DNA from: Calcarisporiella thermophila CBS 279.70
Lineage: Eukaryota > Fungi > Calcarisporiellomycota
Assembly: GCF_041956535.1 (NCBI RefSeq)
Contig: NW_027192191.1
Span: forward strand, 371,267-435,266
Reading direction: 5' to 3'
Length of the DNA stretch: 64,000 bases
Every line of letters starts with the position of its first letter. Position 1 is the stretch's first letter. Shown here one piece after another: positions 52,845 through 64,000 of the stretch. A program made the translations under genes and the position numbers. The notes below the pieces were generated by a model, which was not told where the DNA came from, made no database searches, and was given only the letters and a program-made list of their open reading frames with translations.

Positions 52845-52851
52845 CCAAAGA
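52845..52851 (-). promoter_or_regulatory. Putative TATA box of the LPMO gene
   Basis: TATAAAA on the minus strand about 220 bp upstream of the ATG, followed by a CT-rich leader. Confidence 0.45.
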
Positions 52852-54042
52852 ACAACTTTACAAATCAAACTCCTGGGGGTACATGTGCACATACGTATTT
52901 CGGCATTTGCTGGGAGGCAGCTAAAAGTGCTCCCTCCGTTAACTATTCCAGGTTTAAGCTGGATTTGATCATTGGTTTCCTACGGCACTTTCCTATTACG
53001 CTTTTTCTCCCACATAATATCTGAACACAACATAAATAGTAATTTTTGTGGTGCAACCTAGGAAGTTAAAAGCACTTGAGCATCCCGGCGAGAAAATCAA
53101 ATGAACCATATGTAGCGGGAAAACGAGGTGTGCAAAGGTTGATTTTGCACTAATGGTATATCGAATCTCAGTATAATTCTACCCCACTATACTCCGAATC
53201 CATGCTTTTTATGCAAATTTAAGTAGCGGTTATCCACTCTATTGCGTTCCTATATGCATTGATATATAAGCCACCCGACCATCGGAGATGATGGTCATTA
53301 TTTCATTAAATTTGTGACCAAATGTTATTTCGTTATAATTTTAAAGTTCGCCCGAGCAATAATACAGGCGCGAATTGCAACAAGTTCTGTAAAAATGAGC
53401 GAAGCCTTATCTATAGTAAGTATGGTTAGGTTCTTGTAATTAGGAGCCGTCATGGACGATCTCCAGCCTATATCTCCCAATTAATTCGTTGAATATTTTT
53501 ATAGAAAAATGGTAGACAAATATACTAAGCTGAATATATGATTACCATTTTTTATCAATACGACCATTTAACTGGGTTTTGACTCGCTGTACGTCAGCAT
53601 GCCGGGTAATGAATTTGCATAGATTGTTTCCGGGCTGCGGAGAAGAATCTCCAATGTTCTACCAATATGTTTTTGTCTGGTCGACCTGCACGAATGGTAC
53701 AGCACAATGGTACCAAGTAATATTTGAATATGCTTCTGCCATTGTGGAATAAACAGTATCCTCGGTATTGTTTATTATACAAAAGATCTATATCAATACA
53801 ACTTCCGCACCCGGGCGTGGGATGCCAAGCTATATCGCTACCCTCCGTCTAACATTTATGAAGTCAATTGGCTGGAGTAGAAGATCTGATTTCGCAGGTT
53901 TATAGTTCGATACGCAACCAGCTTATTTGATATTCAAATGGCATTGCATTTGCATGATCCCGTAACTCCCATATTCTCTACAATATCAGCGTGTTTCCAA
54001 AGTTCCGACGGTTGGAAGTTAAAATTTAGATTTTTTTCTCTG

Positions 54043-54961
54043 TTAATTTCTGTGCAGATTTTTCCTTGCCCAAAGTTAGACCGCACTTTCGAACTGTGGT
54101 GTGTCTCTTCAATGCATCACGTCTAGAAAATTTCTTGGAACACACGGTGCAGGAGAAGGGCTTTATCTAATATGTATACAATTGAAGAGATAGTCAGCAA
54201 TCTTATATACTATATAGAATAAACCATCCTGTATGTATATCTTACCTGGTCATGTATCCTTCGATGCCGTTTCAAATCATGATTTCGATGAAAGGACTGT
54301 GAACATTGGTCACAGCGATATGGACGATCCACATTCCAAGGACTTCCTTTGGCAAATAGTGCAGGTACAACACATACTTCTTTTGTTGCTGCTGCTATTG
54401 TTGCTGCTGTTGGACAGAGTTGAGGAGAAGATGACGGAGTCGAATCGAGAGCAATATATGCTCCGGGTCCCCACGATAGACTCCATGGATTGATAGGGTA
54501 TATTGCCGAAGCTAGAGGAAAAAGCAGCAAAGGTGATGATAAATTTGCCTCTGGGATTGTATCTAGATCGGGAGACCTCGCAAAACTTGTCCAAGAGGCA
54601 GATGGAGTTGGTACCGAATACCCATCGGGTTGCAGTGAGACGGAATCTAGTGGAATAGATTCAGATCCTGCTGCCATCTCCGATTCACTTGGCGAGGCAT
54701 CGATGCTGAACGAATACTGCTTCTCTAAGTCGTACCAACTATTTGGCAATTCGGGTTTAGGGTCTAGTACTGGTGTTGGCTCAGAAAAAGTATCTGTGAA
54801 TGGTAGAAGAAGCACACTATCCGAATGGTTTGCAACGGCATCATAAGCTAGGTTAATTTGGTAGGTGCCTCTTTGTACCGCACTATAATTGACGTTGAAA
54901 ATGTCAAGAGGAAAATTGGGTTTGTATTCGAGATTTTCTTGTATATAGGTGCTAGCATGCA
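54043..54961 (-). CDS. C2H2/C2HC zinc-finger transcription factor; start uncertain
   Basis: RPYRCDQCSQSFHRNHDLKRHRRIH, then after an intron IKPFSCTVCSKKFSRRDALKRHTTVRKC. Stop at 54043-54045; Ser/Pro/acidic N-terminus. Confidence 0.82.
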
Positions 54962-56271
54962 TATCGAATACAGTCAATACTAGAAAGATTATTAGTAACA
55001 ACAAGAGATATCAATATAAAACCAACTGTGAAATAAATTGTCCAAATAAAAAGAAGATAAAACAACAAGTAGCTGGGGTTGTAAATTCCTGATCGCTGGT
55101 TTAAATACTTTTTAAAAAAATTATCTTCGGAGAAATAAAAACAATCAAGTGCAAATAAAGTACTTTTGTACAAACAATTTTCACATTAAACGAGATTGTC
55201 TTAATGAAATAAAAGAAAGTGTGATCAAGGCTTTGATTTAGTCCATAGATGTCAATGCGAAAAGCGATTGACAATAGTTTAATGGTTGGCCGGTTGTTAA
55301 AACCTTCGGGTTGGATAAAATCGGATATTTGTGCAGATAAAAACACTACCATCCTCTGCCAGATCCCAAGCAAACCTGATACCTTTCGGAGTGATCACTG
55401 TGGTTTCATACGTTATACGCCAAGTTTTCCCCCACTTGTACTGCAAAATAAAAAAAAGCAACCTTGTTACTCTCCTTAAATGGATATACCAATTAATTTG
55501 AGCTTAATCCAATTAACACTTATTTGTTTTATTGACAACAGTATCCGCTAAGTGACTATTTCAATGAGTTGGATTAATATTGTTCTCACATTCTCCGAAG
55601 TAATTGATTAATGTGGGAGCACAATAAAAAACCTGTTTATGCATGAATCGTTATCTCATAAGACGGAATACAAGCGAACTAGAACAAGTTTTAATACAAA
55701 AGTCCCACATGACTATCCGAAGTCTCTAATCTGTATTTATATTACATGCAATTTTCACCATTAATTGACATTAAATAAATATAGAAGCACTATTATGCTT
55801 TGGTAGAGAAAAACAATGCCTATGTATAGTTTAGATTTAAGACACTCTGGCTTCACGTTACTATTTGAAGTTTAATTTGGATGTATTTTGAAGGTCAACT
55901 TCTCCGATAGTGTTAAATATTAAAGCAGGTCAAAGGATTTCTTTATTCCTACTAAGAAATTTACCGGGAGTAATGGAGAGAGATTGTAATAAATAGTAAA
56001 ACTTTTTTTTATCGGTTAATTTTTCTTTCAGAGTGCTCCTTATACATTGAATTCAACTAATTTTATATTAAACAAATGACCTTATATTATATTATATTTG
56101 AAAAATTAGTACTATTTTGATCAAAGCCAAAAGAAATTCACGGTTTATTAATTGTTATTATCCATGATATTACGTGTAAAGGGTTGTTAGGAATTGTTTG
56201 GCAAAATGGCTCGCCAAGGAGCTTCCGCTCAGCTTTATTGACCATTATATATTTATTAAGAGCTTTATTCA

Positions 56272-56309
56272 AAATAAAATGCCAAATAAAATGCCAAATA
56301 AAATGCCAA
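56272..56309. repeat. Tandem 12-mer (AAATAAAATGCC)x3
   Basis: Three perfect copies read directly from the sequence. Confidence 0.9.
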
Positions 56310-56461
56310 GCCGATCTAACAAGTAGCGAACAGTGCACAATAAGTATGGGAGGATGTTCTCAAGGCGATTCCGAATAAACTTCAAATTAATTGACAATAG
56401 ATTCCTTGCTACTTCAATCTGCATACACATTAACATTTTGGAAATAAACCAGACATCTGTT

Positions 56462-56503
56462 AAATAGAAATAGAAATAGAAATAAAAATAAAATAAAATA
56501 AAA
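56462..56503. repeat. Compound microsatellite (AAATAG)3/(AAAAT)n
   Basis: Read directly from the sequence. Confidence 0.8.
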
Positions 56504-56832
56504 CAGCTGTAGATCAAATTGGTCATATAATTAAAACCAAGGCCAGTTAGAATGCGAAGCTCAGCACAAATGGGAATTAAAAGAGATTAAAATGTGGAGT
56601 AAAGTGTGATTCTGCAGTAAAAAAGAGTTTAGAGTTATATTTTAGTTATTACTAATCGATATCATTTAAATAGGCCCCAATATCATGAGTTGGATATTTG
56701 ATTGAGTTACCAGTGCATAGGAAAAAACAATATTCGTATTGGTATTGCAGAAAGAAAAATGAATATAAATGTATTTTTTAATCAGATATTAATTCCCAAT
56801 ATAAAGAGACAGGAAATTTTGTTTAAAAATAT

Positions 56833-58293
56833 TTAGCGATGAGTTGATATATGAGTCTCCAACTCCATTCCGCCTCGGATTATTGCAACGCGCATATGAG
56901 ACATGAGATTCCGAGCAGCATTTGAGTGATCATACGACCCTCCATTAAATGCGGTTGTCATATCTTTACCGATACCTGAGAGAATTAATTTGCGTCCTCC
57001 TGGGTGGCTATCAATGAAATCTGCAAGATCGTACACAACTCCTTCAATAACAACCAGTGCATGATTCTCTTTCAAGCACATGTTTTGAACTAAATAGCGT
57101 GGTGATTGAGATATCATTTAGTATCGAAAATATTATAGAAAATTGCTTTGTACAATTGCATTCTATTATCTGAAATAGCTCAACTTACACTCCTCAAAAG
57201 TGATAATGGGAAGCTTGTTTATCGGAACTCCCCAATTGAGTTTTGCCTTCCTTACATCAAGTTTTTTCTGTAACATATATATGCGTCCTCTTTGTACCTC
57301 GTTTTCTGGGAATTTTTTGAGATCATATGCCAGGCCTAGGAGGGAGCAGACATAGATGAGCCATTTGGTAGGGTCGTATTGGTAAAAACGTATTGCGTTG
57401 CGGTAATCGTTTGGGAACTCGTGGTGAACTAAATTTGCGACAATAGAGTTGGTTAAGGTAATGAATAATATCCTGTGTGATAGCATAATAAAAAAGTTCG
57501 ATTTGTTACAATTGTGATAACCCTCGCCCATTGTTACCAGCGCAGTGATAAAGTGATCTCGAGGTGTTCGTCTATCATCATAAGTTGTCTCTCCAATATA
57601 ATGGGCCAAGCTATTTACACAGAACGTGGCATGGTGCACAAAGGTTAACCTCAAGGTCCCTGCAATAAAAAGGCCACCTCTCCAATCTCCCCATCCAAGC
57701 CCTGCCACGAGATAGGGAAAAAGATACCCCATTCCAATTGCAAAATACCCGTAATATTTATGCTGAATCCACGCAATCGGATTTGCATCGAGATCGGAGA
57801 CGTCAGCATGCCCCACCTTAATTTTCTTGCCCCGTCTTAAAAGCATCCATCCTATATGAGACCAAAGTAGGCCTCGATGGGCGGAATATGGGTCCTTGTC
57901 TGTATCAGTGTAGCGATGATGCGCGCGATGCTTTAGACACCACCATCGAATCGAACCCTGCACGGCCCCTGAACCCCCCAAGCAAAAAAAGAGCTGTAGC
58001 AAAGGATGCGCTCTGTATGCTCGATGAGACCAAAGTCGATGATAACCAGCAGTGATGCACAGTCCAGTGTAGTAATAATAAATCACCGCCCATATCAGCG
58101 TTTTGATCTGAATTTCTGTGGTGCATATTCCATAAAGAGAGACAAGCGGCGTACCAAGGATAAAGGCAACGTTCAACCAATTGACATATTTGTACCAGTT
58201 GTTAATTGTTATTGGTCCATCGAATAATGGCTCGGATTTATCGGGCGTACTAATAGAACGTGATATCTTTGTTACTGTCGTAACTGTGGACAT
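56833..58293 (-). CDS. OLE1: Acyl-CoA delta-9 desaturase with fused cytochrome b5
   Basis: His boxes HRLWSH, HRAHH and GEGYHNFHHEF; YDPTKW; b5 domain HPGG and HSNAARN. Two introns. Confidence 0.96.
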
Positions 58294-59312
58294 GATTTAA
58301 TCTTCAATGTATCGTAGTAAAAATGTACTAGTGACAAGAGAGCATATATAAGTAAATATATATCTAGGTATATACACTGAATAAATAGTATGGTCGCTAC
58401 AATAATTGTGGATGATAGGTTATTTTAAAAATCTACTTCGGTTTATATATTATTTTCTTGTGTAATTCTGATGTAAGAAAAGGCCAATAGGGTTATTTAT
58501 TAATTTCAATTTATAATGTCAATGGCAATATTTAATATTCCCAAAGGTTGGGGAATTTAGAAAATAGCAATTGTGTATTATCTTGTGCATCTTTATAACT
58601 TGATACGTGTTTTTGGAAACTTGCAAGAAATTAATGAAAAATATTTGGTGATTTTTAGTATTTATAATTATATCACTATTCCTCTGAGAGAGTTCCTTAT
58701 CACATTGAGAAACTTCGTTTATTCCAACGTTCATTCTTTTTCTTGATACTATCAAATGTTAGAGCACACTTTATCATGATGTGTGTCAACAAATTTTGAC
58801 TAGCTATTGTTTGGGGTGAATACATTAACCTTTCAATATTTATTTTGGATTTGTGTTCACTCCTTGATTGGTTGTTTTGCATGAGCTTTTCTTTCATTTG
58901 GTACGATACGAGGGATAATGACTTCACTGCTATTTCTTGGTGTTTTTCGAGATAAATATTATTTGTTTAATATTTTTCACATATGTTGAGGAAGGTCAAT
59001 GTTTCTCACACTTATTTTGGGGCTATACTGAAGGATATTTTTTTAAATGAATTGGATGGTTGAACTTTCGTCAGATGTGAATGTTAGTGCGAAGGTTTTG
59101 AGCTGTTCAATTTTAGTATATTTTAATAAAACGTATCTGATGACTGTATTTAGATATGAACTTTTCATCTGAAAAACAAATTTATTAAAAGCTTTACAAA
59201 ACTATCTAAATGTCTGCTTAGGAAAGTAACACATTAAATTAAATGATATATTTCATTTGATCTGGTGCGTAAGTTTGATTTATAGAAATAGATATACATT
59301 TAAATATGCTGC

Positions 59313-60954
59313 CTAGTGCTTCTCCCCTTGGTCTCGCCGCTCTATAGTCATCCACATTCCATAGCGCATTTGAAGGGTAAGCGCGAGATTATAAGTGATA
59401 GTTTGGTGTGGAACAATATGGAACTTGTAACGCTTAATGAACAGTGCCATTACAAGAACACCCTCAATGGTTGCCAAGGTTTGACCCAAACATGTTCGTG
59501 GACCGGCATGGAACACCGGCCATTCGTAGGCGCTTGGCTTTTCATCTTTTAGCCATCGATCCGGATTAAAATCTTTCGCGTCCGGGCCCCAAATGGCTTC
59601 CGAGCGGCCCATTGCATAAGGGCTCCATACAACGTGATCACCTTTCTTTACAAAGGTACCGTCCGGCAAGAGAGTGTCTTCAAGGGCACATTTCTGGTTT
59701 ATAGGTACACTTGGGAACAGGCGTAGAACCTCGTTCCATACCGCGGTCGTGTAGGTCAATTTTTTGTAAGCTTCGTACAATTCGGCAGAATCGAGATCGT
59801 CTTTAATTACGCCTTTGACCTCTTCATAAATTTTATCAACCACTTGCGGGTGCTCTGAAAGACAGTAAAAAGCCCACGAGAGCGCTCCGGCTGTAGTGTC
59901 CCGCCCGGCAATGATAAAGTTTAGAATAATATCACGCAGCTGCTTGTCGTTTAACTGGTTGCCATGCTCGTCACGAGTGTTGGACATAAAACGAGAGAGC
60001 AAATCTTGTTTCGAGCTTAGATCCGCTGCTTTTCGTCGTTCCTGAATGACTTTACTTGCAAAACTATCCACCGTTTCCACATGTGGTTTAGGGTTACTGC
60101 GTGGAAAGACGAAGTTTCGTGCCGCCATGTAAATATTCCAAAGGGGAAGTACCTGGCGAAGCATGATCTCCGATTGCATTGCATCAAACGACTTGGCAAA
60201 CTTGACCTCGCGCGACAAATCCATTGCACCAATAGAGGTACCAAAGCCAATTCTCAGGAATGATTCGAGGGTGAATCGGAAAAAGAGATCGTGGAGATCT
60301 ATCTTTTCCCCAGTGGATGCATAATCGTCGAGCACTTTGAATGCTAGTCTAGATTCGTCAATGAACACCCTAGTTATAGTCACCCTGAGTTAATATCTTT
60401 TCTTCCCATTGCCAGTAAGTCCTAGGAAGGAGAACTCACCCAGTGAACCAATCGCGAAAGTTTTTGACATTGAATATATGACTAGCGGTTTTACGCTGGT
60501 AACGCCAAGTATCACCATTCACATTGAAAATGCCATCTCCAAATAGATCGTACATCTTTTCGTGGAAGTCGGATGCCTTCCCGAACCCCTCAAAATTTGA
60601 CTTTAGGATATACTCAACGTTGCGTGGGTCGATCGTCATAATTTGTCTGGGAAAGAACAACGCGGTGAAGGTCCTGTGAATCCAGAGATCAGAAGAGCTT
60701 TTCAGGCTTGCGTGTTATGTTTTTATTACTAACCAAGTCATTCCAAAGTCCTCGTGCGCTGCTGTAACTATATCGTGTATATGCCCCTGTGCCTGTATGA
60801 GTTCGGGCAATACCCCTATCAGAGGAAATCCTCTTGCATTTTTCATATCGGGACGGTGATCGGACCCGATGGCACTGTCAGGATAAAGATAACAGAGCAC
60901 AGCAAGCGGCACGGTAACGGCGCATCCAAGTGCGCCAATATACTTAGTAGCCAT
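59313..60954 (-). CDS. Cytochrome P450 of the CYP704/CYP86-like fatty-acid hydroxylase type
   Basis: DPRNVEYILK, FGDGIFNVNG, I-helix FIIAGRDTTA, EVLRLFP, PDRW and heme motif FHAGPRTCLG. Two introns. Confidence 0.92.
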
Positions 60955-61513
60955 AGCAATTTGATAATTTCAGTTAGAAAATATAAAAAAATTGGAAGCG
61001 GGCGAAGAGCAGTGTGGAGTGAATGTGGAGAAAATGCGAGTCCTATATAAAATGTGACGTAACACAGCCATTTTTCATGTGAAAAATCCTCTAGAACAAA
61101 GTTCCCCAAAAAATTGCGATTAGTTTTAGAAATATAGGGTGCTATAATAAGGGGTGCGACATTGAATCGAAGCTGTGAAAAGAGGCCAGACCTTTATCGT
61201 ATCTTTAAATTTTCTAGTGACAGCTGTCATATATGCAGTTAATTTGTTGAATTAAATCTTCCCTTTATCTCATGAAAATGTTGTGTTTTCAGCCATGAGA
61301 CGGTCAAAATTTTCAAGTTTATAGGAGAAAAAGTACAAAAGGGATTGGCTATTTTTCATCTAAAATCCTCTGGGCTCAACATTATACCCCAACAAGGGAT
61401 AAATGACATACCCATAACCAGCTCAAGCTGAGTAGAGATACGGGGCTACGCGAAGCGGGGTCACTGAGAATATTTAATAATTCAAGGGATTTTATTCTGA
61501 ATCTCTTTCGAAA

Positions 61514-62243
61514 TTATTGCTTTTTCTCCCATGGTTTTGGGCGGGGTTGCAGAGATGGTTTGCTTGGTGTTCCTTCATGGAGTTTATTGGGGATTTGGCG
61601 GATGCCTACAATTAAAATATTGGGATGTTATTTCTTAGTTATCATTAGAACACAGCATGTAGTCCTACCAGGTATTTCTTCGCCTCTAGCAATCATATCA
61701 CATATTTGATGAAAGGATAATGGATAATGTGGCTCATCGTCTATGGACAAAAAGATAATAGCACAATATTTCAATTTACGGGGCTAGGAAATTATACAAA
61801 GAATAAAAAACAGCCGAGAAAATCGAACCTTTCTCTTTAGATTTTGCTCCTGTCATTTTCACGCCTTCTGTAGGCTGCTCACTCTTTTCACTTGATTTCC
61901 ATTTTAAATAGGCATCGTAATCGAATGACTGGACAAATCTAGATTTATAAAATAAACTATCAGCTACCTTGCAACCTCCGATTGATTCTCTATGCCCATA
62001 ATATACTTTGAAAAGTAAAACCATTTCGCTTTTATTAGCCTTTCATCCGTTGTGGAGGGTATTTCACCATCGGGAAAGATGCGCGATAGGCCCACCTAAA
62101 TAATATCAGAATAAAAATAATTTTAATATCGTCCCATCGAATAGCATTGGAGAGGCAATACTTTCTTTGAACTGTGAATCATTATCGAAATTATAATTAT
62201 CAAATTGTTCAAAAATGGCGGTATCGTTGGCGTGTTGTTCCAT
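61514..62243 (-). CDS. PEX39: PEX39/DUF5572-like peroxin (about 146 aa), five exons, mostly missed by the ORF track
   Basis: Spliced protein MEQHANDTAIFEQFDNYNFDNDSQFKVGL...LIKAKWFYFSK...LSFHQICDMIARGEEIPGIRQIPN...PRPKPWEKKQ*, with a C-terminal KPWE motif. The first intron needs a non-canonical donor. Confidence 0.8.
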
Positions 62244-62568
62244 TGTATCGAGAACTATTCACCGCCTATTTTTTAATTGCTTATGGGGTGGCGAATTTGT
62301 AAATGCTAATTATCACATGAATATCTCTTGTGGATACATGAATACGTGGATACAGCCCTCTAAGGTACTCACGGTAATATAATCGCTGTTCATCTTCGAA
62401 AATATATAGGGATAGAAGTGGCAAAATAGATAACACATAAAATATGTAACATTTGCATAAGAGTAAAAAATGAAATTAAGGACGTCTTTCAGGGTGGAAA
62501 ATAGAAAATAAAATAGATAAAATAACAAGATAATAAAAAAGTAACAAAATATTTACGCATTAGTGTAG

Positions 62569-63560
62569 CTAAAGAATCACACAGCATCCTGTATCAGTTG
62601 GGTTTGTCCTCGCAAGCTGATTTACAGAGAATGATCAGTGGAACATGGATTACAAGGGAGCCAAAGGGAATATAGCATACCAATGCAGCGCGAGTAGCAT
62701 TTTCAAACACATCGTCGACCCCTTCGCCTGTCAGTGCGCTACACTCGAGATATTTCCGAGCACCAATTTGCTGTGCAACCGACTCACCCTAAAACAATCG
62801 AATAATTCAATAAGCCACGGTCCCGGCTATGTTAGGACGCACTAATTTCCGTACCTCTCGTTGGCTAACAAAATTCCTGCCCTCCATCTCCTGTATTGCT
62901 GCTGGATTCTCGCGGAGATCCTTTTTCAGGCCTACGAGAAGAACGGGTACGTCGGGGCACGCACTATTTACCTCCTCTATCCACTACGAAATTGAAGCAA
63001 AATTTAGTGTTTTCATCACCCTTTGTTCTCTTGACAAATGTTGTCCAACCTTGGTGGTAACATTTTCAAGTGAATCTGGATCGCCTATCGTGAATGCAAT
63101 CAAAATTACATCTGCTCTAGAATATGAGAGAGGCCGAAGTCGCTCGTATTCCTCTTGACCACTGAGAATACCAAAAGATATTAGTTATCATGTAGTCCAA
63201 TGCAATCGTTCTCGCAAAAAATTACGCAGTGTCCCATAGTGCGAGTTGAACAGGCTTTCCATCAATCTTGACGTCAGTAACATAGGTCTCGAAGACGGTT
63301 GGAATCTGTTCGAGGAAAAAAATTGGTTCAAAAACAAATCCAATTAACCTGCAGCATTCGCAACCCTGGTACTCACATATTCCTACAAATTCCGAGGGAA
63401 TTGAAAAATTTAGAGGGGCTAAATAGTAAATACTTGAGGACACACGTGTTTTAATTACCTTTGGGAAATAGCCTAGTGAAAACATCATAAGCAGCGACGT
63501 CTTTCCGCATGCGCCATCTCCTACAATAACTAATTTTCGCTTGATAGGTTCACGACCCAT
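62569..63560 (-). CDS. RHO2: Rho-family GTPase, Rho2-like
   Basis: [44 protein letters not shown] and CaaX GCCVIL*. Includes a 6-nt microexon at 63377-63382. Confidence 0.93.
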
Positions 63561-64000
63561 TCCGAGGTTAAATTTAATCCTGCGATAGATGCGACGAGAA
63601 AATGAAGAAGAAGGAAAAGATGTAGTGGAAAATGGGATTGGAGTTGAGAGAGCTAGAAGTGTAGAAATGACGAAAATAGACTAGGTTTCGAGTGCTAAAA
63701 AAAACTAGTACAAGTCCAGAAGAGGAAGCTGCTACGCCACACTCACATCATAAGCACCAAGCGAAGAGCGAGCTTGATATGGGGGTAAATGATAATATAT
63801 AGAGAAAGAATGAGAGAAAGAGAGATGAAGAGAAAGGAAGCAGTCAATGCAGCCGGCTGCTTTTAATGTGTATTATTAAGGCTTGGGGATGGTTTTAATA
63901 GTAAAAGAAGGAACGTAAGATTCCGTTCGAGAAAAACCCTTGGCTTCTGCAATGAGACGACTTTGTGTAACACGGCGCAGCAAATTTAGAGAAAAGAGCT

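Noticed and set aside
58519-58927. Two overlapping minus-strand ORFs upstream of OLE1 as a pseudogene
   Set aside because: AT-rich, low-information translations with no recognisable family.
61098-61450. AAAGTTCCCC ... ATACGGGGCT resembling the P4 halves of RNase MRP RNA
   Set aside because: There is an extra bulged base, the spacing is long, no supporting helices are visible, and it overlaps the P450 promoter. It would need an Rfam cmsearch hit.
1-64000. Selenoprotein (in-frame TGA) or U12-type introns, both known in some early-diverging fungi
   Set aside because: All gene models close without recoding, and no intron I reconstructed starts with RTATCCTT.

Overview
Gene-dense, intron-rich fungal genomic DNA. 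It is most likely a non-Dikarya (early-diverging) fungus; this is an inference from gene content. I could reconstruct 24 protein-coding genes by hand-splicing mostly 55-120-nt GT-AG introns. In order they are: ENT nucleoside transporter (5'-truncated), ABCC/MRP transporter, FBXL2/20-like F-box-LRR protein, membrane hybrid histidine kinase, PPxY membrane protein, PFK-2/FBPase-2, Bem3-like PX-PH-RhoGAP, Ase1/PRC1, mRNA guanylyltransferase, Mtc4-like protein, SDR, tRNA ligase Trl1, LysRS, a Myb/HTH protein, ribokinase, Pcl-like cyclin, GTPBP1, ERI1, AA11-like LPMO, C2H2 factor, delta-9 desaturase, cytochrome P450, PEX39-like protein and Rho2. I found no recognisable transposon, tRNA, rRNA or CRISPR array. 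The most notable points are: (1) the Myb-like protein at 43125-44168 resembles the p1/p2 accessory subunits of the MTA1c/AMT1 6mA DNA-methyltransferase complex; (2) a PEX39-like gene, almost invisible in the ORF track, appears to need a non-canonical GA-AG intron; (3) 6-nt and 12-nt microexons occur in the Rho2 and GTPBP1 G domains; (4) the LPMO has a PGK-repeat and polycationic tail and lies near a desaturase/P450/peroxin run; (5) the hybrid kinase has an unassigned multi-TM sensor; (6) composition shifts strongly from GC-rich to AT-rich across the window. Family assignments come from motif recognition and memory, not database searches.
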